A stretch of DNA of 52,694 nt, filler included, from Sphacelaria rigidula (Eukaryota), in assembly GCA_964200075.2 (NCBI GenBank). It is 4 parts of 4 records of this genome, joined end to end, with 100 filler letters (N's around TTAATTAATTAA, not from the genome) between each part and the next. Parts side by side here need not be neighbours in the genome. Positions count along the whole stretch, not along the records: positions 13,204 to 26,305 come from CAXNAA020003153.1; 3 more parts are not named here. The stretch is one strand, 5' to 3'. Made by a program: the position numbers and the translations under genes. Under the pieces are notes generated by a model. The model was not told where the DNA came from. It made no database searches and saw only the letters and a list, made by a program, of their open reading frames with translations. The stretch's first letter is position 1, and every line of letters starts with the position of its first letter. Below, piece by piece: positions 13,204 to 25,860 of this stretch.

Positions 13204-14383
13204 AGGGAATATCTATATGCCTCCAGAATCCAAGAGTAGGGTGGACGGTATTCAGCGTAGGTTTGGAGAGATGGCAGCAGATGTACATAAGTACAAAAGG
13301 CAATGAGAAGTAATGTCAGTGGGAGACTTTAATGCAAGGGTAGGAAGAGCAGGTCAACCGGATGATATCATTGGGCAATACATGGAAGGTAAGAAGAACG
13401 CGAATGCGGTAGAAGTGCTGAAGTCCCTTGAGCATAACGAGATGAAGACGCTAAATTATAGGGTACTTAAACCACGGGCGCAATGGACTTGGACGAGGGA
13501 ATGCAAAGGAAAGAGAGAACGCTCCGTTCTTGCATGGAAATAGTACGGAAATGGAAGTACATGTACTTTCTCTGTGCCATAAGTAAAAGTCCGTTATGGG
13601 CATTTAATCGTTCGCGTATTTCAACCTTGACAATCATCCTATGGTCGGATTCGTTAGAAAGGCAAAGCACAGACGAAGCTGATGAGAAACAAAAAAATGG
13701 GGAAAAAAATACTTGTTTTCATCACTTAAACTACGTCGAGATATACCTCATTTCGACCCTTTTCGATCCATTTTCCCCCCATCATTGACCGGTTTTGGAC
13801 GTTTTCACGCCGAGAACTAGCAATTACATGCTAACAAAATGTTGGGCGGGACGTGCGTAGGTTTAAATCACGGACATGTCCAAAATCAATGGTGGTTTTG
13901 CGATTTTCACATTTTGTGGCCCATTTTTCGCGATTTATTTCGTGTTACCGGGTCTCTCATGCTGCTCTCGTGGGAAAACGAGCGCAAAATCACCATTTTT
14001 GGCCCGACCTACTTTTCCTCGGCCGCGCAGCTGCATGGGTCAAGCACCCACGTTGTAGAAACAATGTTGGTTTTAGCTAAAAAAACGTTGACGAATGCAA
14101 TAAAAAAATCGAAAATCAAATCGGACATCGTGAAGGCCCCATGTAATCATAACGGACTATACTTACGGCACAGAGGAAGGACGCGCGGAGGACGTGGGAG
14201 CCATAGATCACTGCCTAATATGGACATAAAGCCAACAGACGAGAGCTGAAAGAAATAGGTGGGGTAGGAAGTTTTACAAATGGAGAATAGATGAACTAGA
14301 TATGGAAGAAAAACGGCAAGAGTTCCAAGAGGAGATGGTCCAAAATGCAGTGAAATTTTCCGAGCTGTTGGAACGCGTAGGTA
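13204..14383 (+). mobile_element. Decayed LINE ORF2 AP-endonuclease fragment, interrupted by a MITE
   Basis: GDFNARVG...IGQY...N.N motif at 13313-13530. The frame resumes after 14180 as AEDVGAIDHCLIWT...KWRIDEL (DH motif). In-frame stops are present. Confidence 0.8.
13566..14179. mobile_element. MITE with TIRs of about 32 bp, inserted in the LINE endonuclease
   Basis: CTTTCTCTGTGCCATAAGTAAAAGTCCGTTATG pairs with CATAACGGACTATACTTACGGCACAGAGGAAG. Confidence 0.8.
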
Positions 14384-16791
14384 TGTGGAAGTCGTGAGAC
14401 TCCCGGTGACGGTAGAAACCGTCGAAGGTGGCCGATGATTTCCCTCGGGTTATCTAGTCAAGGATTGACCGTAAGTCGTGGGGTTGAGGCAAAGTGGATC
14501 ACTCGGGAAAGCTCGACGAGCGCGAGCGAGTTAGCCCGTTGACGAAGTCTGAGAGTCTTGGTCAAGAGTGATCCCCAGGGATAGCCAGCAGTTCGCTGGG
14601 GAGATCCCTGTTACCTTGGGGTCCCAGATCCGGCTGTACAGATATGGAAGTTTCGGGGCTCCTGCGAACTTTCCCCTGTAACGGCCGTTCACTAGGTTAC
14701 ACGTCATAAAAGGAAATCTCTCCGCACATGCCCAAATGGCGATCTCCACAGCAGGGTCGTTTGGCATATTATTACATATTTGTGTGAGCGACGGTTTGAT
14801 TTCGGCTTTTCGTCGCTCTGAAGTAGCGCAACAAGTCGTGAGAGCATGTCCGGAATAACATCAAGTTTCTCCGGTTCTTGCCTCTTATCATTATCAGGAA
14901 GTTTTTCCGGGGGTTACATGTGGGCTCGACCGGTTGGTGATTTGCACAATTTCCGGGTTTTTTCGTCGCCTACTACGTGCCTGCTGTCCTTGAAAGGATG
15001 GTGCACGTGAATGCTTGAGGTACATCAGGCGATGGAGTGTCTTCCTCGGTTATTATGCGTGGCTGTACGACAGCTGTTGTTGCTGTTGACGGGATATTTT
15101 CTGTTTTAACTGATGCTGCCATTTTATGCCGGAACCCTCGGACTTTTATGGGGGAACCGTCCGCGCTTCTGAGATCGATGGGTCCTGGCGGTACTGGTTT
15201 TGTATCATCAGCTGCCATGGTGGCCTGTTGTTCATCTATGAACTTTTACCGATTCACGGTTCATTTGCTGCGGAATCGATTGTGATTTTTTCCAGCGAGG
15301 TTGCCGTTTACTCTGGCTGCGACTCTAACGCGGGCTGATGCACAGGGTAGCGCCAGGAGCGCATCTGTATACCTGTCGAGCGATGATGCGTTGTATGAGT
15401 CATATCAGTGATCGTCCAAAGTCGGGTTAGAAAAAAGGAAGACTGGTGTTTCGATTTGGAATCAAGAGTCCCTGCTTACAACGGCATGTAACGTTACCGA
15501 TTCATTGGGGTACGGCGCAGAATGTAACGTGGTTGAGAGCCTCAACAAGTTGAACTACATGTTCGATTATGGCCCTCCGTGTGGTGTATTGTTTTTTCCA
15601 CAGCTGCTCTGCAGGCTGCTTAGGAGCTAACTCTCATCGTGCTCTTTCCAGCTTCTGCTCTTGGAATGTACTTTCACACCACAACTGAGGGCTGTTTTGG
15701 TACCATTCTGGAGGAGTGAGTCACTGTATTGATCGAGAAACCCGCATTCCTCCGATATGTTTTCTTCACCAGAGGGTTGACACTTTTCTCCATTTCATGC
15801 GCGATGAGGTGTGTGGGATCTCGAACTGTCTGTACTTTTCGACTTTTCTCAGCTTGTGGGCTGGGATGCGGTAAGTCCATCCGATACACCTCTTTCGTTC
15901 GCTCGCTACATAGTGGGCAATGACAAGGTGGTGCATTCGCAGGTTGAGTAATTTATTTGTTAGTGCTATTTCGAGTCATCGCGTTTCCAGAGGTCGGCCT
16001 GCTTGATGAATTGCCGTGCCTTTCGCGCGATGGTGGTAAATGGTTGATTGGTGGGTGTGATTTCGCTGTTTAAAATTAGCCATTCTGGTGACGTCTGATG
16101 CACGCTGAAGAGACTAATTTCGCGTTTTCGTTGTTTGACTAGCCATACAGGTGACATATACTGCACCCTGAGGAGTCTAACTTCACGTTTCGCCCTTTGA
16201 TTAGTCATGCGGATGACCTATAAATGCACCTTGAGGGGGCTAACTTCACGTTGACCCAAGCACGTTACTCCAAGAACCTCTCAACTCGAATAATTAAGCA
16301 CATGACCCATACTTTTCACCTGGAGTAGCGTTCCTTGGGGGACCCTATTGTTTCCGGTGTCGGGGAGCAGTTGGTTATCGTTCCAAATTTATATTTCTTC
16401 GGCCTGTCTTCCTCGAGTTCTGTTCTGGTGTCGCCAGTGTGAGGAGGACGTATCGCTACAGTAGTCAGAGACCCACAGGGGGAGACTGCCGTCCTGATGC
16501 CGCGAAGGAACTCCGAGGCTGGCGATGATTTCCTCTTGTTTATGTAGGCAAGAAGTGGAGTCAGACTAGAAGTGGTCTCCAGGGGCGACCAAGAACTCGG
16601 GGGATGTTGGACCGTCCTACTATCAGGCTCTTCCTGGCATCACCCCGAGTTGTCTAGTTACGTCGGCATTACAGGGTCCTCGGTGATGTCATCCTTCCGG
16701 ACCGTTCCCGCCTTGTCCCTGCTCGCGCTAGTTCTTCATACATGTGTGGCATCAGTCTCTGATATGTCATTGAAAAGAGATATCCTCCACA
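14384..16791 (-). mobile_element. Heavily deleted Ty3/gypsy LTR retrotransposon remnant
   Basis: TG...CA LTR-like block at 16438-16791, followed on the - strand by PBS-like TGGCGACACCAGAACAG (16420-16436). Protease-like DLRSADGSPIKVRG near 15135-15175. RNase H end motif PEKLDVIPDMLSR near 14837-14875. A diverged LTR-like block lies at 14384-14728. Confidence 0.65.
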
Positions 16792-17254
16792 CTTGTCGTG
16801 AGCCTATACCTTGAAAAAAACTCATGATACCAGTCATCCTACGATAGGGGGAGGTGTATTTTGGGCCATTTGTTGCTCGAAATTTCGTGTCAGATCGTCG
16901 TTGAAAGCAACAGCGGTTGCTCGAACAAGCTTGTTGTGGATCAATAACGCTCATCGATACTGCCTGACACCGTTTGGAACCAAATACAAGCTCAACGCAA
17001 GTGTGGAAGGATGTCTAACACACTTATGAGCATCTTTTTTCGTGCAACCAAACACCCCCCCCCTATCCCTATCGTAGGATGACTCATACCGAAAACCAAC
17101 TCGTTGAGGATGAGTCATGTTCGGTGTGTATTTTAGCGTAGAGATTACGTATTCACAACCGCGACTGGTTGACGGTCCAGCCGTAGAGCAATAAGATCAA
17201 CCTACCCGACGATTACGGGACAGCCGATCGAAGCGACTGATTGATTGTCAGTGT

Positions 17255-17507
17255 GACACTTTCTACGATACCCCCCCCCCAAAAAAAACAGCTAAAAGTT
17301 TCACGAAAAAAATGGTCGTACAGCGCCTGATGTTCGTGCTCAGGTTGCATGAAGCGCCTCATATTGGCGACATCGGCTAGAACGAAGCCAAGCGTGAGAA
17401 TTCCCAGCTTCTCGTTGTGCTCGGCGTTTCACATTTCGATTTACGTGAAGATTTTGCCTTCCAAAACCATGCACGTTTGGGGGGGGGGGGCTATCGTAGA
17501 AAGTGTC
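17255..17507. mobile_element. MITE (family B)
   Basis: TIR GACACTTTCTACGATA / TATCGTAGAAAGTGTC. A second copy lies at 25613-25860 in the opposite orientation. Confidence 0.85.
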
Positions 17508-18720
17508 GTACTGTCGTGAGAAACGTAAGTGGGAGACACACAGCCATCAAATAAGTTGCCTGAGCTTGCCTATAATGTAGCTGCATAAGTAGAAACGTAA
17601 GCTTTCTCTCCCCCCTGGTGACTCCTGGTTGCATTCAAGTACCGGTACGCCGTTGCTAGGAATTTCCCCCATCTGAGGTCATTGTGTTGATGCAAGAACA
17701 TATAATTACGCAGAGATTGACTTCCGTGGGTCTGTGTGCTGTGTCGGTGCTCTTGCAGTAGAGTGTGGATTAGTAAATGCAGCGGAGCACATACGGGTCG
17801 ATATTTATTGAGGGAATGAGTCTCGTTGGCGACCAGATAGTTAGCAAGTTGTTGGTCGTGATAAGTGATACTCGTTGATATTCGATGTTTGCCTTGGGGG
17901 ACCGGAAATACGGAGCCCCAGGAATGTCAAGAACATGCTCTCTACAAAACAAATTACGCATTTCTTTCAGCATAAGGAAAGTACCACAGGCAGCTTGCGA
18001 CTGCAGTTTGGTGTGTGATACCTGGTACATGTCACCACAGGAGGGATGTTTTGACGCGTGGTATGCTCGGCAGTCTTCTATCCCTCGGCCATGGATCTGA
18101 CTAAAAGGACTGGTGCAATGCCTGAAGAAAGGGACCATTCGGATATTCTCATCACGTACAGGTCGGTACACCGATGTTGTACCCCATGCACCAATACATA
18201 TTGCTCCGCATGACGTGTGCTATGCTTCTTGAACGTAGCCCGTGACGTTTCAACTGTCAGCTGATGTGGGAGCGTCAGTTGCGTTGTGGCAAACTTCGTG
18301 TGATTGCCCTTCCGCCGTCAGTTCAGAAGAACACAATTCAATCATACAGGGTGGAAGCGCGGCACTCCGCCTCTCACAGAGGCAGCATAAGATGAGAAAG
18401 TACGCAAGAAGAAAAGAAAGAGAAAAGCACCGAGATAGATGTCACACCGGTCCGGATGAACGATGTACGCTATGTTGTCTTTAATCAATAACTTTCAGCT
18501 ATTCCCTCAACTCTGCCCGCAACAATATTTCACTATGCTCGCCCTACCCTTATCTGCGGCCGTGTGCAGACGAGGTGTCGCCCACGCAGGCGGGAGAGCT
18601 AGTAAAAACTGCACACTCCAGGGGGTCAGCGTAGGGGAAACAAACGTGCTGGCTTGAAAGATACAAGAGATATCGTCTCAGCCATAACGTTCTTGTGTTC
18701 AGCGCGGCGCCTCGGACGCT

Positions 18721-19162
18721 ATGGATGGATTCACTATAGAAGACCTGAGGTTAGTGGTGGAACACTCCTCCGTGTGTTATGGCGTGTTTCATGAGAAAAC
18801 TTCCAAGATTACCGCGCCGAACGCCGCCCTCCGGCTGCGCTTGGAGGCAGAGTCGTTCAGCGTTCAGGTCGTATCCAACGAACACGGCAAGCTGCATGGG
18901 CGACTCGAGAAGGAGAACATTCCCGTCAGCCTTCAGGTCCTTACAGGGATGGATCCTTCGGCAGGCTGTCTTGTCGAGGTGTATCTGGCCAACTCGAAGA
19001 GCACGAGCGACAATTCGCCGACGTCTGACCTGATTCAGCTCGTGGATATGGCGTCCGACGGTGGGTGGGAGTGGTTCCCGTCTCTGCAGTACGAGTTCAT
19101 GAGCGAACGGTTTTGGAGCATCCTGGGGTATGACCATCGAGAGATGCCCAGTTCGCCCGGCG
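18721..19162 (+). CDS. Histidine kinase exon 1: N-terminus and first part of the PAS domain
   Basis: DMASDGGWEW...MSERFWSILGYD is PAS_3-like. Donor G|GTGAGT. An in-frame acceptor-like AG at 18701-18702 means a further upstream exon cannot be excluded. Confidence 0.85.
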
Positions 19163-22100
19163 GTGAGTCATGCCATCCCCCACGATGTGTGTGTTCCCGT
19201 GTTTTCCGGGGAGTTGGAGGCGAACAGTTCCTGTCCAATAGTATTGCCGTGTATTGACAACCACCTTGCAACTCGCTTTGCACGATCTTGCTTCTTGCGC
19301 GGCTTTACATCTGAAGCTGTGTGGGGACGATGCATGGGGAGAGGCCGGGTGGATTCGAAGCGGATCACTTGATATTCGACAATTATGTCAATTGAATCGG
19401 AACAATAATGTATGTGCTACTGCTTCATCTTGAGCATGTGCTCCCTAGCATGAGTTCTCCTGCTTCGATGAATCCCTGGTGTACCCGCACGGATTGGTCC
19501 TTCGTGTATTCGGAGAACACCTACATACGGAGGTTGATACGAAAATATCTCGCAATAGGTCGACACCGGGCTCATGCCGTGTTGCGAGCCAACCTCCAAG
19601 AAGCGTTATCATCCAATCGGCCGCGTGTTCACGTGTCGAATGGTCACCTTTGCAGTCCTTCCTGTAGGTAGCTTGTGGCGGAGACGTGTTTGAAGTAGCA
19701 CTCACGTGAATATTGCTATTTTACTGTTGGCACTGTGTAAAGGGAAAAAATCCCGTGCTGTCCTTTCTTGTGTGTTACCCCGGCTGATTTGCCCGCATAC
19801 ACCGAAAAAGGTGTAGACGGGCGTCCAGAATAGATGGGATGACGACACGCACATACACGTTGTATCGGATCAATCGTCACAGTGCTGTGAAGATCACCTG
19901 TTACAAGTCCGATCCGCTTCACGAACATCACGTAATTGCACAGTATCAGTCCCGAGTGCCCGTATAGTGCAGTAAAGCCGGGCTGGTGAGCCACCGCGCA
20001 AGGTTGGGCAGTCCGTTGTGCAGAGCAATTCAAGGATGGGGCTTCGAGGGAAAATACGGACAAGTTTGACGTGTCACCTATACATGATCAGGAATTTGTG
20101 TGCAGGTAGCGAGAGTATTCCTCACCTGCGCTTTAGGTCACAAACCGAGCACATGGTCAACCAGTAAGGGGACAGTCGTTCGCATCTGACGAGGATTTTC
20201 CTTCATCTCTCCCCGTTCGCCACTCGATATGTAACATGCTTTTCGTGTGTTCACAGCCTGGATGGGAATCATCGATCCGGGTGACCTGACGAGCGCGACA
20301 AAGATGTACAATACTCACGTTGCCACGAAAGGTGTCGCGGAGTACAACTGCAACGTATCTTACACGCATAAACAGGGGCACAAGGTGAGACGGGTTGATA
20401 TCCATTTCCTGTACGATATACACGTGAAAGCAAGAAGCCTGTAATGTACAAACCCAAAAAAGATACTCCCTCTGGGCGGATTTACAAGCAAGGTTCGGAC
20501 CAAAAGCGGTCTAACTCGGGCATATGAAGGTCTTTCTCCGAACCGTTGTTTTTGTTGTTTTCGGACCGCCACTGCGGAACGCACAGAACCGCTGTCTCTT
20601 AGAGGTCGCACCGAAAACGTTCATCACACCCCAGCAGAAGTTGCTCGAAGTCACCACCCGAACTTTGAACCACCGCCTAAAAGCCTTCCCATCTGCTGGT
20701 GAGACATGTCTGCTGCTGACAACGCCTCTCAGTAGCAAAAACGCAAGAATTTGGATGATCCAGAGAGAGAAGAAGTCACTCGGTACCTATTGACGCGCAG
20801 CGTCGATGGGGTTCTGGAACGTGGTTTACGGTGCCCCCAAACCCGGGGTGATAATAGATTACCCCCCCCTTTTCGAGAGGGGACTCTTAATTGTTTTGCA
20901 TCAAATGTCGTGCCCTATTCATACGGTGTATTCCGGGTCGTGAAACCTGTGACGGGGCTTGTTTATCCGTCGCTGGGTACAAAAAATCTGGATCTCCATC
21001 GAAATGACTGACCAGGGGATTTTCACGCACAATCCCCCCCCGCCCCAACCTCATCGGGTTTTTTTCTTTTCCACTGTGGTACCTGATTATATACAAACGT
21101 TGTCCGATGGTCCACAGTGCCCAGACGACCCGTTTTGGGCCATATCATACCAACCTTGCTTATATTCCTTTTTTCCGAACCTTGCTTATAAATCCGCCCA
21201 GAAGGAGTAGCATTCAGTAGTAATGGATGGATGTAGTTGGAGTGGATATGCATTGGGACGACGAGTGAGACTCACATATTTCCGGGATGGATCGGGCGAA
21301 GCTGGGACTCATGTGGCCCAGGATGCAAACTGCAAGCCATGTAAGGCCGCGCGACAGTTCTAGTATCATGTTCCAATTTTGGGCGACGGCAAGAATGAAC
21401 GGGAATGCGGCGAAGCGCTCTGTCCACTCAGAAGGTGTGGCATTCCCGCGCCACCGCTCTCACGGACGCTGACTCATCGCCTGCCCTTCTCGTGTAGCGG
21501 CGGTGGGAAATGTAAAGTTGGCCATTTGATAGTGTGTCAGTTTGCACGAGAAAGCACTTCCAGCACAAGCGAGGAAACGGGTTAGTAGGAAAATGTCGCA
21601 TACTTCAGCGCCGTGCAAATGGATCTGCGCTTCCTGCGTAAGCCACTCGTGCTGAGTAGCTTTTTTAATGTTGCATCGGGCGGTGTGATGAAACAGGTCC
21701 AGGTCAAATGCCGTGGAGCTGTGGTGGAGTGGCTGCCAGACGGCTCTCCCTGGCGACTGCTCGGCACGCACACCGACATCACAGAAATCACGGAAGCCGT
21801 CGATGCCAAGGCGCGGTTTGTGTCGCGCATGTCGCACGAGATCCGCACGCCCATCTGTGCGATCCTGAACGAATGCGAGATGCTGGAGCAGAGCGCTTCA
21901 ACGTCGGTCATCGCGGACTCATGCGACCAGCTCTTGGCCCTCTGCAACGACATCCTTACAGTCAGCAAGCTGAGGAAACCGATGGCCATGGCGGCGTTCA
22001 GGAGCAGCGCCGTGGTGGATGATTTTTTTCACAAGGCGGTGCGGCGGCACTCGGGACAGGCGCAGAAAAAAGGACTGGCGCTTGGAAGCCACGTGTCAAA

Positions 22101-24776
22101 CGTGCCCGACGCACCGCTCATGATGGATATCAGCAAGTGCAATCAAGTCGTGGATAACCTCGTCAGCAACGCGATAAAGTACACAGAACCGGGAGGGCGC
22201 TTGACCCTTCAGCTGAACTGCACCCTGCGTGATTTTCCCACGCAGGATGGGGTGGTTCCACTCAACGTCCGCGATATAAATACGGGTGCAGCACGCAGCA
22301 GTAGAGTCCAGTGGCAAGTGGAAATTGCCGTCTCCGACACCGGTAAGGGGATCCACAAAGACGACGTCGACTTCGTGTTCGCCAAGTTCTCCCAAGCAAA
22401 CTCGTCGATGCAGGGCGCGGGACTGGGCCTGCCTATCTCGAAAGAGCTCGCGCAGCTCATGTCGGGCGACGTGTACCTCAAGGAAACGGTGCCCGGCAAA
22501 GGATCCACGTTCTGCTTCACGTTCCCGGCCTCAGGCGCGAAACCCATTGTGGAGGAGCCCGCCCCGGTGACGGACGGAGAGGAGAGCACGGATGCCTCGG
22601 TGGAATCGTGGGAGACCACCCGATGTACGATTCGAATCCTGAGCGCCGACGATATGCTGACGAACCGCAAGATCATGCGGCGGCGCATCCGGGCGATAGA
22701 GGAGCAGCTCGAGAACGCTACGGTGGAGGTCATCGATGCTGTAAACGGGTGTGAGGCGGTGAGGACATTCCGGGAGGAGGGAAGATTCGACCTGGTCTTC
22801 ATGGACTGTTTGATGCCAGGTGTGTGGACGATAGTCCCTCTTACTTGGGAGATTGTCTCGTTGCGCTTTGGCTGATATTTCAAGTGTCCACGGAGTAAAG
22901 TGTGTCGTGTCCTATGTGCCGGTTCAGGGTGAACCCAAGAATGTGGCGGGTGTGGACTCCCCTATCGTTTTCGTGGCTTTGTGGTGTGGTAATGGATTGG
23001 TATCTGAGGGGATGTGTTTCCAATTCCACAACGACTGCTCCTATTCGTCAAATCACTCGTCAAGACACCCACTGAATCAGCGCTCGAGGTATTTTTCCTG
23101 TTTGACACTATCAAGACATGACAAGAGCACTCAGCCTTGTATGGACAGGTTTTACACGTGAAGAAATTTAATACTTGTTGTTCTGCTTCTCCACCTGTAC
23201 ATCACGCCACAGCCGGCGAGTCAATCTTCATTCACCCCTTGGCGCCAGACCTTTTTCGGAACAATATCACTGGCGGACTTTCACCGGCCGTAGCCCCCAA
23301 CGCCTACCGCGGAGCATCTCCTAATTTTGTTTTCCCTCACACTTTGAACTCCTCCCCTTCCTCGGGATGAGTCCATGGTCTCGAGGGATCAACCCATCTC
23401 TCCACCGTTGTTGAAGAATCTCATCCAGGGACAACGCGCCATATATTTATTTGATGGCCCCTAACCCCTGGCCCATGTGTATGATCTACAAGCCGAGAAA
23501 CTGAAGAGAGCACGTTCTTGTCGTTCCCGAGGTTTTGTATTTCCTGTTACCTCGACGTTCACGACAATCATTTGCCAGGACCAACAGTACAGTTTCTCTT
23601 GTGCTATCGACAATCGATCTGTGTGCGCTCCACACATGCCCAAACCCAGACTCTACAACTAGGGCCCCGACGCAGTGCTTGCGGTAGCCAGTCTCCTGTG
23701 TAAGCAGTGTTCTCATCTGACGTCTACAGTAGGCAATTGGTTCTCTCGTATCTCCAGAGGTCACGTATGATGGTCCATCTCAAGGGGCTCGGCGCCCCAG
23801 GAGTTGATTTGTCTGCCACCGACAAAAAACAGGTGTCGCCAGCAGCCTAAGGAAGCGTAGTGCGCTTTATACATAATTCCCTCTGCTTCCCCCCCCCTCC
23901 CCCTCCCCGAGTACTCGACAGACATATTGGTGGTAAGTTTCCCAGTCATCACGGAGTATCTGGTGTCTGGACGTCCCGCAATTATGATAATTCCGCGTTT
24001 ACTTGCACCTGACGCAGTTCACAGTCCCTCTTACAAATCAAGTGTGACGTGAAAGAGTAGTGGAACGAACCAGGGTTCAAGTCATAGTCTCGTCCCCTCC
24101 ACCCTACTCCCACTCGTCCTTCTGTATTATGACATACCGCATCAACGTGGTATCTCAAAACGACCAGCTTGTTCTTTTATAGTGCTTATCATGCCCGCAA
24201 TCGACTGAAACTGTCGATTATCCTGGTGCATCCATCTGGTATCCCGCCGAAAAAACTGTGCTCGTGCATGTACCCTCCTGTGCATGTGTTGGGCCCTTTT
24301 TTTGCTACGCAGGAATGGACGGCTTCCAAGCATCGAAAGAAATCCACCGCTTATGCGACGAGCGGGGTATCCACCGGGTTCCCGTGGTCGCCGTAACTGC
24401 CAGCGTGAGCACTGGACTCTATGAAGAATGCCGGGAGGCTGGAATAGAACAGGTGGTCACGAAGCCGTTCGGAGAGATGGACCTCATGCCGATTCTGCGC
24501 TTCGCAATCGACAACAACCAGCGGGACTTTCCGTCCTCATCACTGGCGGCGTCGAACTCGCGATCAACAGCGTCTGCGGAGTCATCCCCTGGGCAGGTTG
24601 TCCCGTCGTTACCGCCCACTGAGGAGGGTTCCGCGAAACCCTCCACAACACGATCGTACGTTCGCGCCCAGTGTGTCAGCCCTTCACCATGCCCGTGCGC
24701 GCTTCCATCAGGAAGCGGCGGATCGAGCAGAGAAGGCGTGTTCAGCTTTATGGCGGGGTCTGTGCGTGCTGATTGA
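18721..24776 (+). CDS. Hybrid sensor histidine kinase (PAS/PAC-HisKA-HATPase_c-receiver), about 718 aa. join(18721..19162,20257..20384,21697..22819,24313..24776)
   Basis: Spliced length is 2157 nt (719 codons) with canonical GT-AG junctions. Motifs: H-box MSHEIRTP, N-box NLVSNAIKYT, G1 SDTGKGI, G2 GAGLGL, PGKGSTF, and receiver ADD...FMDCLMPGMDG...TAS...KP. Confidence 0.93.
19741..19858 (+). mobile_element. 3' fragment of SINE family 1 in histidine kinase intron 1
   Basis: ...ACCCCGGCTG...CCGAAAAAGGTGTAGACGGGCGTCCAGAATAGATGGGATGAC followed by a CA-rich tail. Confidence 0.7.
20257..20384 (+). CDS. Histidine kinase exon 2: PAS core
   Basis: Acceptor ttcacag|. Sequence WMGIIDPGD...YTHKQGHK resembles W...IHPDD...RHKDG. 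Donor AAG|GTGAGA. Confidence 0.88.
21697..22819 (+). CDS. Histidine kinase exon 3: PAC, HisKA, HATPase_c and first half of the receiver domain
   Basis: PAC motif CRGAVVEWLPDGSPWRLLGTHTDIT; H, N, G1, F and G2 boxes; phospho-acceptor Asp in FMDCLMP. Donor G|GTGTGT. Confidence 0.95.
24313..24776 (+). CDS. Histidine kinase exon 4: second half of the receiver domain and Ser-rich tail
   Basis: Acceptor ctacgcag|. MDGFQAS...VPVVAVTAS...AGIEQVVTKPF. Stop TGA 24774-24776. Confidence 0.92.
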
Positions 24777-25612
24777 CTAGTGGGTGGAATCGCATTACAG
24801 ATTCCAGAAGACTTGACGCAAGTCGGAATAGAATGAAAGATGGGCGGAGGATCTGTGGTTGGGACCGTGACTAGTATCACTGCTCTCGTACCTAAGCCCT
24901 TACCCTGTGATAGGGTCTGAAGAGTGGGATAACACGTTTCTGAAGGTGCTCCCATTTTTCGCAACTTGACTTGGAGTTGTGTTAGTCCATTTGCCTTCAT
25001 ATGTTGGTCGCGTGTATATTTTTTTCCTCTCGTCTTGTACATGAAATCGAATGTCGTCTTATAATGACGTCATGCTTCTACTCCATGTCCTGTGGTTGTT
25101 TTTGTGCAACACTACCTGTCGCGTTTTTTCCCAGTTGGCTGATTATTTGGTGAGGTGTTGACTCTTATCCAAATCGAAAGGCGATAGCGTTTCCAGTCAA
25201 GGATGTTACGGCGTACTGCATAGAAGATGACCGGCTTGCCGCAGTGCCGATTTTACATGCTGCCTCACAAAGCGTCTCTTGATTGTGGAAACTTCAAGTG
25301 ATGTGAGGAACATTTTATGCGTGTTGGCGGCAATTACGGAGGTCTCATCGTGTTTCCTGGTTTTCGCTTTTGATTTTGTTTCTAGAGCCCATACAGTTGT
25401 TGTTATGATCCTTATCTGAATATGTTTTACGGTCTACAGGTTATCGATATCAGCTGCCATCTAGGGGGCGGCAATGATTTCGATTCGTAACGCTAAAGAA
25501 ATAGTATATATATAGAGAGAAAGAATATTTCGAACTCACGAGCGTGAAGCATACTCTGTAACGAGGCGTCCACGAGATTTATTGCTGTTTTTGGTGTGCA
25601 AGTTCCTCCGCA

Positions 25613-25860
25613 GACATTTTCTACGATAGCCCCTCCCCAAAAAGTGCATGGTTTTGGGAGGCAAAATCTTCACGTAAATTGAAATGGAAAAAGCCGCGCA
25701 CAACGAGAAGCTGGGAATTCCCACGCTTGAGTTTGTGCTAGCCAATGTTGTCAGTATGAGGCGCTTCATGCAGCCTGAACGCGAACATCAGGCGCTGCAT
25801 GGCCATTTTTTTCGTGACACTTTTAGCTGGTTTTGGGGAGGAGCTATCGTAGAAAGTGTT
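25613..25860. mobile_element. MITE (family B), inverted relative to 17255-17507
   Basis: GACATTTTCTACGATAGC...GCTATCGTAGAAAGTGTT. The interior is the reverse complement of the first copy. Confidence 0.85.

Noticed and set aside
22209..22883. 224-aa antisense ORF, and similar ones at 24419..25042 and 43079..43591
   Set aside because: These are shadows of GC-rich coding exons on the + strand, with no motifs of their own.
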